Origin: Planctomycetota bacterium
GTDB lineage: Bacteria > Planctomycetota > UBA1135 > UBA2386
Length of the DNA: 29,967 bases
Direction of reading: 5' to 3'
Assembly (NCBI GenBank): GCA_947501605.1
Contig: CANMWZ010000045.1
Coordinates: forward strand, 1-29,967
Numbering within the stretch: position 1 is the stretch's first letter; the number at the start of each line of letters is the position of its first letter. Positions 1 through 7,878 of the stretch are shown here, one piece after another. Both the position numbers and the translations under genes were made by a program. The notes under the pieces were generated by a model. That model ran no database searches. It saw nothing but the letters and a program-made list of their open reading frames with translations, and was not told the origin of the DNA.

Positions 1-62
1 GGGGCTCTCAGACCATCCGCGCGCAGAGTGGGATGGTCGTCGTGGCTGTCGGGTCTGAGAGC
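1..62 (-). repeat. Dispersed oriIS-like element, copy A (3' end runs off the window edge)
   Basis: Reverse complement ctctcagacccgacagccacgacgaccatcccactctgcgcgcggatggtctgagagcccc aligns without gaps to 6788-6848 (43/61 by hand count) and closely to 11066-11109 and 7036-7075. Contains an 11-bp inverted repeat (4-14/52-62) and an 8-bp one (11-18/31-38). Confidence 0.75.
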
Positions 63-142
63 TCGCCTCCCTCGATCGCCGCAGACGTCGGGGCGGCTGC
101 TGTCGAGCAGAGCTTCTCCGAGTGGTCGCGCTGGGTAGAGAG

Positions 143-463
143 CGTCACCACCCGATCCTGCGCCAGCGAGAAGATCTGGAACCCACCCGAGTCGGTGAGG
201 ATTCCCCGCTCCCAGCCCATGAACCGATGCAGCCCCCCGAGCTGCCGCATCGCCTCGGGCCCCCGCCGCAACGCGAGGGGATACGCATTGCCGACGATCA
301 TCTCCGCGCCGAGCTCGCGCAGTTCCTACGCCGTGAGCCCCGTGACGGAGGCTCGTGTGCCCACCGGCATGAATGCGGGAGTCTGGATCACGCCGTGGGC
401 CGTGGTGATGCAGCCAGCGCGCGCTTGGCCATCGGTGGCCTGGACCGAGAACGTGAGCGGCAC
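143..463 (-). pseudogene. tgt: Queuine tRNA-ribosyltransferase, 5' fragment with in-frame stop
   Basis: GTG at 463, then [33 protein letters not shown] at 326-328, then in frame [39 protein letters not shown]. Similarity ends after DRVVT (~143), about 107 codons of a ~370-aa enzyme. Confidence 0.9.
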
Positions 464-673
464 GCGAACTGGCTTACCCGACGGGGAACAAGGGCAACAG
501 GGCGAGAGCTGGCGCGCAGGCCACGCGATGGGCACGGTCGCGATCGACGGCCGCAGAGCGAACGCGAGCGCGAGCATGCTGCAGCCGGCGCCGGTCGGCG
601 GCACGATCCGGCCGCAGATGCCGTGTTCGCGGACAAGGGCCGTCAGCGCGGTCGCTGGATCGCAGCCGCTGGA

Positions 674-1630
674 TCACCGCCGCTCGTCGGCCTGCACCTC
701 GACCACGTAGATCAACACCGCATTCGCCGGCACCCGATTGCCCGCCCCGTGCTCGCCGTAGGCCAGTGCCGCCGGAATGGTCAACCGGCACACCTCCCCC
801 GGCCGCATCCGCTGCAGCCCTTCCCAGAATCCAGGCACCACCCATTCCTGCCGCAGCGGCTCGGGTTCGCCGCGCACCAGCGACGAGTAGAACACCGTGC
901 CATCGGTCAGCCACCCGGTGTAGTGCGCGCGCACCGTGGCAGCCGCACCGGGCCGTTCGCCGGCGCCCTCGCGCAGCACCTCGCAGACCAGTCCCGAGTC
1001 CGTCCTGATGCCCTTGCCCGGCGCCGTCAGCGCGAACTCCGGCATGCCCTCCGGCTTGCGGTCGTCGAACTCCGGCGCGATCTCGGTGGTGATGCGGAAC
1101 GGTCCGAACGCCAGCACGAGCGACAGGCTGCGCGGCGTGAGCTTGCTGTCGCGCAGCGCGATCTCGAACTGCTCGACCACAGTGGCGTCGCGCACCAGCT
1201 GCACCGGCACGCGCAGATCCGGTTCGCCACCCCCGATGGTCGCATAGCTGCGGCCACCGGCATCGACCCGATCGGCGGCGAACAACGCCAAGGACCATTC
1301 CTGCTTCGCCTCGCGTCGCGCGCTGACATACCAACGCCCCCGCGGCAGTTTGTGCGTGCCGAAGGCGAGATCGACGTCGGTTCGCAGCGTGGTCAACGCA
1401 CCTTTGCCGAGCGGCAGCGACGTCGCCGTGTCCTGCAGCACGAAGCCCTCGTAGTTGGGCCGCCACTTGGGCTGGCCGTAGTCGATGGCGACGCTCTGTT
1501 CGCCCGAACGGCCGATCCAGGTCGCGCGAGTGCTCTGACGCACTTCGCTGCCGACCGAGACGAAGAACTGGGCGGGCAACGCGCTGGTGAGCAGCAGCAC
1601 GACGGAACCGAGGCGATGGCGCGAGGTCAT
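674..1630 (-). CDS. Exported FKBP-type peptidyl-prolyl isomerase with N-terminal DUF2911-like domain
   Basis: Signal-peptide-like MTSRHRLGSVVLLLTSALPAQ. N-terminal IDYGQPKWR..LG..TTLRTDVDLAFG..LPRG.W resembles DUF2911. C-terminal FKBP motifs TDSGL..EVLREG.G..P..VRAHYTGWLTDGTVF.SS..EGLQRM.PG..RLTIP..LAYG. Start placed at ATG 1630. Confidence 0.8.
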   Translation of the reverse strand: MTSRHRLGSVVLLLTSALPAQFFVSVGSEVRQSTRATWIGRSGEQSVAIDYGQPKWRPNYEGFVLQDTATSLPLGKGALTTLRTDVDLAFGTHKLPRGRWYVSARREAKQEWSLALFAADRVDAGGRSYATIGGGEPDLRVPVQLVRDATVVEQFEIALRDSKLTPRSLSLVLAFGPFRITTEIAPEFDDRKPEGMPEFALTAPGKGIRTDSGLVCEVLREGAGERPGAAATVRAHYTGWLTDGTVFYSSLVRGEPEPLRQEWVVPGFWEGLQRMRPGEVCRLTIPAALAYGEHGAGNRVPANAVLIYVVEVQADERR

Positions 1631-1836
1631 GTGCGTCAGCCTAGGCGCCGCGGCGGCCAGCCCGGTAAGCGCCTCGTCAGTCGGCGCCACGCTTCCGGCT
1701 GCAGCGCGGCGTCCGCGCGGCGCGAGTCAGGCGGTAGGAGAAGGAAGCTGCAGTCTCTGGCCGGCGGCGAACTCGAGGCCGGGGAACGGTGCTGGGTTCG
1801 CCGGTGACTCGGTTCCGCAGCTGCTAGACTCGGCGA

Positions 1837-4269
1837 GTGACCCTGCCGATCGACGAGATTCGCGATGCGTTCGAGCATCGCCTCCAGGCTTCGAACCGTC
1901 TCGTGGTCACGGCGGAGACCGGCGCCGGCAAGTCCACGCGAGTCCCGGTCTGGCTCGCCGAGCGCTTCCCCGGCCTGATCCTGGTGGTCGAACCGCGCCG
2001 CGTCGCGTGCGACGCGCTGGCGGACTTCTTGTCTTCGGAACGCGGCGAGGCCACCGGCGGCTACTTCGGCAGTCGCGTGCGCTTCTCGGATCGATCCAGT
2101 GAACGCACTCGCGTCCTGTTCTGCACACCGGGCGTTGCGCTGCGCATGTTGGCCGAAGCACCGGCACCGGGTGCGATCGTCGTCGACGAGTTCCATGAGC
2201 GCTCGTGGCAGATGGACCTCGTGGTCGCCGCGGCGGCGAGTGTGCCGCGATTCCGCGAGGTGCCGCTGATCCTCACATCGGCCACGATCGACGCCGAGTC
2301 GGCGGCCAAGAAGCTCGGTGCTGCCACGCTGCACGCAACCGGCAGGATGTTCCCCGTCGACGTGTCCTACGATTCGAACACGATCGAACCGACCGCCGAC
2401 CAGATCGGCCCGCGGACTGCGAATGCGATCCTGAAGTCGCTGCGAACGCACGAGGGCGATGTGCTCGTGTTCCTGCCTGGCATCAAGGAGATCCGCGCGG
2501 TCGCGGCGTCGCTAGGTCCATGCTCCGAAGAGGTGCTGGTCGTGCACGGCTCACAGCCGCCGGAAGCGATGCGTCGCGTGTTCCAACGGTCTGCGCGCCG
2601 GCGGATCTACTTGTCGACCAACGTAGCGGAGACGTCGATCACGCTGCCGGGCGTGCGCATCGTGGTCGACAGCGGGCTCGCGAAGACGCAGCTCCACCGG
2701 GCGGGGCGCGCCGTGCTGGCGACCGTGCCGATCTCCGAGGCGTCGATGCAACAACGCGCCGGGCGCGCGGGACGCGTGGCGGCCGGCGTGTGCGTGCGGC
2801 TGTGGTCGGAACGCTTCGGTGCCGAGCCGTACCAGCGCCCGGAGATCGAACGCGTCGAGCTCGACGACCTGCTGCTGCAGGCCGCCGAGCTCGGGCTGTT
2901 CGGGGCCGCGTTCGAGCGCGCAACCTGGATCACCGCACCGCCGGCCTTCGCGGTGCAGCGCGCGCTCGAACGCATGCGGTCGCTGGCCGCGGTCGACCAG
3001 ACCGGTCTGACGGACCGTGGCAAGCGGCTGGCCCGGCTGCCGGTCTCGGCGGAAGAGGCCGTCCTGCTCGTCGACGCGCCGGCATCGATCGATGCGACGC
3101 TCTGTGACCTCGTCGCGATCCTGCAGAGCCGTGGGAGCTTCCTGCGCAACCTCGACGACCTCGACTCCGGCGAGCGGTCCGCGGCACTGGCAGCGCGGAT
3201 CGAGCTGCTCGCGGGAGTCGGTGACGAGGTCACCATGAACCTGCGGTTGCTCCGCGACGGCGTGGCGAGAACGCACCATCTCAGCCGCCAGCGGCTCGAC
3301 GAGGCGCGCGCGATCAGCCGGCAACTGCGGGAACTGACCGGGGCTCGCGGCGAGTCCACCAAGGGTCTCGACGCCTACATCGTCGCGCGGCTGCCGCAGG
3401 CGGGTTTCGTTCGGCGGCCGCGAGCGGACAATTACCAGGCTCGCTCCGTCCCGTGGGCCAACGGCACCGTCGAAGTGCAGGTGTTTCCGTTCGAGCCGCC
3501 CGACCCAGAGGTCGAGCCTCGCAAGTGCATCGCAGCGGTCATTCTCGAGACCGAGTGGCTGGCGTCGTCGAGCGGCGTGCGCGGGATCGGTCGCATGGTC
3601 CTGCCGTCGGATCCGCAGGTGTTCGCGGCCGCGGGCCTCGGCGAAGCAACGGTCGCCCACGTGCAGCTCGACAAGAGTTCGCCCGGTCGGATCAAGATCT
3701 CAGCCACGCGCGAGCTCGAGCTTGCCGGAGTTTGCCTGGCGAGTGGCGAGGTCGAACTGCGCGGAGCCGAACTCCATCGAGCCATCGCCGATCTCGTGCT
3801 CGAGAATCGACTCTTCCGTGGCGCAGGCGACGCGCTGCGCGATGCGCTGCACGGCTGGGCTCTGTTGGCACAGTGGCAGGACGAGTCGGTTGCCGAGCAT
3901 CGCACCTCGTCCGCGCCAGCACCCACGGATGCGGCGACCTGGCTCACGCAGCGAGTGGCGACGCTTGGCGTCGAGTCGGCCGCTGATCTGGCGCTGCTCG
4001 ATGCGGCCGATCTGCTGCCCGATCTGGAGGCCGAGACCGGAGTGCCCGCATGGATCGCGGCGCCGATCGTCAAGGCCTTCCCGCGAGTGTGGATGCATGA
4101 GGGCGGCCAGTACTCCTGCTCCGTGCGGCCGGCGAGCCGGACGGTGGAGCTGGAGCCACTCGACGGCAGGGCGCGAAAGCAGAAGGAGCCGTCGGCTGGG
4201 GCTCTGCCACGCTTCCAGGGGTTTCGCGTGGTCTACGTGCAGGGCAGTCGTCGGCTGACGCTGCGTTGA
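1837..4269 (+). CDS. ATP-dependent DEAH-box RNA helicase, HrpB-like
   Basis: Motifs AETGAGKST (I), EPRR (Ia), DEFHER (II), SAT (III), LVFLPG (IV), STNVAETSITLPGV (V), QRAGRAGR (VI), followed by an HA2-like region. Confidence 0.9.
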   Translation: MTLPIDEIRDAFEHRLQASNRLVVTAETGAGKSTRVPVWLAERFPGLILVVEPRRVACDALADFLSSERGEATGGYFGSRVRFSDRSSERTRVLFCTPGVALRMLAEAPAPGAIVVDEFHERSWQMDLVVAAAASVPRFREVPLILTSATIDAESAAKKLGAATLHATGRMFPVDVSYDSNTIEPTADQIGPRTANAILKSLRTHEGDVLVFLPGIKEIRAVAASLGPCSEEVLVVHGSQPPEAMRRVFQRSARRRIYLSTNVAETSITLPGVRIVVDSGLAKTQLHRAGRAVLATVPISEASMQQRAGRAGRVAAGVCVRLWSERFGAEPYQRPEIERVELDDLLLQAAELGLFGAAFERATWITAPPAFAVQRALERMRSLAAVDQTGLTDRGKRLARLPVSAEEAVLLVDAPASIDATLCDLVAILQSRGSFLRNLDDLDSGERSAALAARIELLAGVGDEVTMNLRLLRDGVARTHHLSRQRLDEARAISRQLRELTGARGESTKGLDAYIVARLPQAGFVRRPRADNYQARSVPWANGTVEVQVFPFEPPDPEVEPRKCIAAVILETEWLASSSGVRGIGRMVLPSDPQVFAAAGLGEATVAHVQLDKSSPGRIKISATRELELAGVCLASGEVELRGAELHRAIADLVLENRLFRGAGDALRDALHGWALLAQWQDESVAEHRTSSAPAPTDAATWLTQRVATLGVESAADLALLDAADLLPDLEAETGVPAWIAAPIVKAFPRVWMHEGGQYSCSVRPASRTVELEPLDGRARKQKEPSAGALPRFQGFRVVYVQGSRRLTLR

Positions 4270-4364
4270 CGGGTATGCGACGCGTCCGGCGGTAGAGACG
4301 TCGATGGCTCGGAGTCGGCCGAGCTCACGGGACGAGTACCAGGCAGGCCCGGCGCCCTCCGAGC

Positions 4365-4427
4365 CGAAGGTTTTCCGAGCGAATCCCCCGATCACGAAGG
4401 TTTTCCGTGATGTGCGAAGGAATTTCG
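4365..4427 (+). promoter_or_regulatory. Putative operator: three phased direct repeats upstream of the Fic gene
   Basis: cgaaggttttccg at 4365-4377 and 4395-4407, with a degenerate cgaaggaatttcg at 4415-4427. The second copy overlaps the palindrome atcacg-N9-cgtgat (4391-4411). Function is inferred. Confidence 0.45.
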
Positions 4428-4478
4428 GGCGCGCACGCCGAGACTCGATGTGTCGCCGGTTCCGGCACCCCCAGAGCG

Positions 4479-5969
4479 ATGCCTCCCTCCCAAGATCGAA
4501 CTGCTCTCGGCTACCAAGCCCTGGTCGAGCAGTTCGCCATTCGATGCCTGCCACTGCCGCACGTCTCCTACTCAAGGGGTCAAGGTGGCATGCGAATCGA
4601 GACCGAGGGCAGCAGGACGGTCCAGACCTTCCCGCCCACCTACGTCCCAGCGAACACCGTCGCGGCGCAGTTGGAGTTCGCACTCAAGTACGACGGGGTC
4701 AACCTAGAGGTTCTGCGCGCCGTCTTCGAACGCTGCGACCGAGGCGAACTCGCGGCCTCGATCCGAGCCACGCCGACCGGCAAGTACACCCGTCGGATCT
4801 GGTTCCTGTTCGAATGGCTGACCGGCCAGACTCTCGACGTCCCGGACGCCGCATCCGTTGGCTACGTCGACGCAGTCGGCGATGTGGCGTTCGCGGCGAA
4901 GCCGCTGCCGAGTCCGCGACACCGCGTGCGCGACGACCTGCCGGGCCATCCGGACTTCTGTCCCCTGGTGCGCAAGACGCCAAGCCTGCTCGCGTTCCTC
5001 GGCAAGAAACTGCATGAACGTGTGCAGGCGATCGTCGACGAGCACGACTCTGCGTTGCTGCACCGCGTCGCGCAGTTCCTGTACTTGAAGGAGACCAAGT
5101 CCAGCTTCGAGATCGAACGCGAACACCCGGATCGCCAACGCACCCTGCGCTTCGTAGAGCTTCTGCGCTCCACGACCTCGATTCGCGAGCTGTCGCACGC
5201 CACTCTCGTCGACCTGCAGCACGCGATCCTCGATCCACGGTATGCAAAGAGCCGCTACCGCAGCGACCAGAACTACGTCGGTCAAACGCTCACGAGCTAC
5301 CGCGAACACGTGCACTACGTCTGCCCACGCCCGCAAGACGTGGAGTCCCTGATGGCCGGATGGTTGCAATGCAACGCGCGGCTCGCAGCTTCGACGATGG
5401 ATCCGATCGTGCAAGCCGCGATGCTGGGGTTCGGCTTCGTCTACATCCACCCGTTCGACGACGGCAACGGCCGTCTGCACCGTTATCTGATCCACCACGT
5501 GCTGTCGCGCAGCGGCTTCACACCGGAAGGACTCGTGCTGCCGGTCTCGGCGGTGATGCTCGCTCGGCCGCGTGAATACGATGCTTGCCTCGAAGAGCTC
5601 TCGCGCCCTTTGCTGCCCCTGCTGGACTACCACCTCGATAGCTCTGGCCGCATGACGGTCCACACCGACAGCGTCGGCCTCTATCGCCATTTCGATGCGA
5701 CTGCAGCGGCGGAGTACCTCTATGCAACCGTCGAGCACACGATCGACACCGACCTGCGCGGCGAGATCGACTACTTGGTTCGCTTCGACAGAGCTTGGCG
5801 CAGCATCCGGGACATCGTCGACATGCCCGACCGCCGGCTCGAGTTGTTCCTCAAGCTCTGCTTGGCCAACGGTGGACGTCTGTCGGCCGGCAAGCGCAGC
5901 CACTTCGCCGAGTTGACGGATGCAGAGATCGCCCGCATGGAAGCCACGCTGCACGACGCCGGCCTTTGA
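4479..5969 (+). CDS. Fic family protein (long form)
   Basis: Canonical Fic motif HPFDDGNGRLHR. Upstream SSFEIER resembles the (S/T)xxxE(G/N) inhibitory helix. Start chosen at ATG 4479; the ORF is open from 4407. Confidence 0.9.
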   Translation: MPPSQDRTALGYQALVEQFAIRCLPLPHVSYSRGQGGMRIETEGSRTVQTFPPTYVPANTVAAQLEFALKYDGVNLEVLRAVFERCDRGELAASIRATPTGKYTRRIWFLFEWLTGQTLDVPDAASVGYVDAVGDVAFAAKPLPSPRHRVRDDLPGHPDFCPLVRKTPSLLAFLGKKLHERVQAIVDEHDSALLHRVAQFLYLKETKSSFEIEREHPDRQRTLRFVELLRSTTSIRELSHATLVDLQHAILDPRYAKSRYRSDQNYVGQTLTSYREHVHYVCPRPQDVESLMAGWLQCNARLAASTMDPIVQAAMLGFGFVYIHPFDDGNGRLHRYLIHHVLSRSGFTPEGLVLPVSAVMLARPREYDACLEELSRPLLPLLDYHLDSSGRMTVHTDSVGLYRHFDATAAAEYLYATVEHTIDTDLRGEIDYLVRFDRAWRSIRDIVDMPDRRLELFLKLCLANGGRLSAGKRSHFAELTDAEIARMEATLHDAGL

Positions 5970-6156
5970 AGGTCGACCTGCGCCCAGCCGCACTCCACCC
6001 GAGCGCGCGTAGCTGCGCGCTGCCCTTTCGGCCGTTCGCATGCCCCCCCACGGGAATCCCGCCGCGCTTGTCCAATCCGACCCGGCCCGGGTCATGACCG
6101 GACGTCGACGCATCGCGGCCCTCCTTCCGGGCCCCACGTCGAGAGCAGGATCCGCC

Positions 6157-6717
6157 GTGCATGCCTTCCCCGACCTCATCCGTTCCGTCGCCCTTCTAGC
6201 CGCCATTGCGCCCCTCGCCGCCCAGACGACCGGGGTCGCCGGCATCAACGACTACACCGTGAACGGCGTCGCGCCAGGATCGTCGTCCTGCCCGCAGGTG
6301 TGCATCCCGACGCCCGGGATCATCACGATGAACGTCAACACGGTGCCTGGGGCCTTCGTCGTGATCGTGTTCACCGACTGCCCGTGTCGCGGTTGCGCGA
6401 TCCCGTGGGCGGCCAATGCGTGCACGCCGGCGATCCCGAACGGCATCTTCCCGGCGTGCTCGACCACCAACCAGTCGATCGACTTCTTCCCGATCCCTGG
6501 CTGCAACGTCATCTGGTCGGGAACGGCCATCGCCACGGCTGCCGGCCAGGCCACCATCCTGCTCCCGGTCCCACTCATTGCCATCGGCACCGTGCCGTGC
6601 AGCACGTTCCAGATGTTCTCGACGCAGGCCATCGTGTTCGATCCGTGCGGGCTCGGCGGGGTCCCGATCGGCCCCGGGCCGTTCGTGCTGACGCAGGCCT
6701 ACGACGTGACGTTCTGA
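6157..6717 (+). CDS. Cys-rich exported hypothetical protein
   Basis: GTG at 6157 preceded by AGGA. Signal-peptide-like VALLAAIAPLAA|Q, strong GC3 codon bias, 10 Cys in 186 aa. Confidence 0.75.
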   Translation: MHAFPDLIRSVALLAAIAPLAAQTTGVAGINDYTVNGVAPGSSSCPQVCIPTPGIITMNVNTVPGAFVVIVFTDCPCRGCAIPWAANACTPAIPNGIFPACSTTNQSIDFFPIPGCNVIWSGTAIATAAGQATILLPVPLIAIGTVPCSTFQMFSTQAIVFDPCGLGGVPIGPGPFVLTQAYDVTF

Positions 6718-6787
6718 GTGCGTTCCAGGTGACGCGCGAGCGCTACCGGGGGGTGGAGCCTCGCGCGCACGCGATCCGCAGCGGCCA

Positions 6788-6863
6788 CTCTCGGATCCGA
6801 ACTCCATGACTGCCATACCGCTCGGCCCTCGGGTCGTCCGGGAGCACCGTTGGACCTCCTATC
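6788..6863 (+). repeat. Dispersed oriIS-like element, copy B (ends CCGTTGGACCTCCTATC)
   Basis: Gapless 42/58 match of 6805-6862 to 11066-11123 and 43/61 to copy A. Stem ctctcggat (6788-6796) / gtccgggag (6836-6844). Confidence 0.7.
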
Positions 6864-7035
6864 GCGGTCCTGAATCTCGCGGGCGCGACGCGCCTCAGCG
6901 CAGGCTCTCGATGCGACCCGTGGCGTCAACGATCAGGGTGACGAAGGTCGAGGGCAAGCAGCGGAGTCTCGACGGAATCCGCAGATTCCGCTGAGCGCGA
7001 CGCAGCCATCGGTCTTCAAGCTGGCCGCAGCCGCT

Positions 7036-7075
7036 GGAACTCCAAAGAGGCTCCAGACCATCCGCGAGCAGAGTG
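7036..7075 (-). repeat. Dispersed oriIS-like element, copy C (3' part only)
   Basis: Reverse complement cactctgctcgcggatggtctggagcctctttggagttcc. 7054-7075 matches 9-30 at 21/22, and ctttggagttcc is shared with copy D. Confidence 0.75.
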
Positions 7076-7128
7076 CGGCGGCCGCGGCAATTCGGGCAGG
7101 TCAACACCTCAATGAGGTAGACGCGGCG
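7063..7128 (-). mobile_element. IS91/ISCR-like transposase C-terminal remnant
   Basis: Translates as RRVYLIEVLTCPNCRGRRTLLA, matching from memory the LRRVF.IDVL.CP.CGG.R..LA C-terminal CxxC segment of IS91-family transposases. Fused directly to repeat copy C. Confidence 0.65.
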
Positions 7129-7185
7129 GCGGAAGTGCTATGGATGGGCGCCGGGCGCAGACGAGTGCCACCCAAACACAGATTC

Positions 7186-7878
7186 ATGACCCACCAACCA
7201 CTGCGCCGTTCGTTCCTCCGGATCGCGATCGCATTCCTTGCGATGACCGCACTGGTCGCGATCGCAACCGTGCTGTCGGGCGGCATGAGCGAGACCCAAG
7301 GCCGCATCCTCGCGACATCCGCGACGATCTCGCTAGCCAGCGTCTGCGCTATGGCCTGCGCCGCCTTCCTCGAACGCGGTCGCTTGCCCTCGCTCGCCTA
7401 CGTCGGCATGGCACTCGCGTTCACGGCAGCGGCCCTGATGATCTTCGGCATCTGGTTGCAGCTCACAGTCCTCGGCAGCGAGGCATTCTGGAAGTCCGTC
7501 TTCCTCTGCACGCTGTGGGCGGTCGCGTTCGCCCACGGACAGCTGTTGTGCCTGCCGACGCTCTCGAAGTCTCACCGTTGGACCCAAGGTGCTTCAGTCG
7601 CGTGCATCACCACGTTGGGCCTGCTCGGTTCGATCGCGGTCGTGTTCGAACCCCATGGCGACTTGCTGCCGCGGCTCATGGTCACGCTCGCGATCCTGAT
7701 CGCCCTGTTGACGCTCGTCGTGCCGATCCTCGCCAAACTGCGATCGGGCCACGAAGGCACGGACGGCGAACCTCACAGTGCCTCGGATCGCCTCGTCCTC
7801 GTGCGCGGCGGCGACGGCGTGTTCCGCGACTCGCTCGGACAGCGCTACCGCGTCGAGCGAGTCAGCGAAGAGAGCTAG
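7186..7878 (+). CDS. Multi-pass membrane hypothetical protein
   Basis: About six hydrophobic segments and a short soluble tail; ATG at 7186; biased codon usage. Confidence 0.75.
   Translation: MTHQPLRRSFLRIAIAFLAMTALVAIATVLSGGMSETQGRILATSATISLASVCAMACAAFLERGRLPSLAYVGMALAFTAAALMIFGIWLQLTVLGSEAFWKSVFLCTLWAVAFAHGQLLCLPTLSKSHRWTQGASVACITTLGLLGSIAVVFEPHGDLLPRLMVTLAILIALLTLVVPILAKLRSGHEGTDGEPHSASDRLVLVRGGDGVFRDSLGQRYRVERVSEES

Noticed and set aside
326..328. In-frame TAG in tgt (and TAG at 14353 in rtcR) as stop-codon recoding or pyrrolysine
   Set aside because: Both genes are independently broken by truncation or deletion, and TAG ends normal genes here (7878, 17264).
122..1807. Long alternative-frame ORFs (e.g. 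122-1807 +, 4704-6248 -, 7862-10282 -, 8308-10929 +, 19410-21161 -, 25529-26752 +)
   Set aside because: Arg/Ala/Pro-rich shadow or antisense frames of clearly recognisable genes, as expected in ~70% GC DNA.
4365..4427. Direct repeats as a mini-CRISPR array
   Set aside because: 13-bp repeats with 17- and 7-bp gaps and no cas genes; geometry does not fit.
6895..7000. Minus-strand LPSTFVTLIVDATGRIESLR resembling a thioredoxin-like C-terminal scrap, plus a 7-bp hairpin at 6973-6990
   Set aside because: Too short to support by eye; the hairpin has no U-tract.
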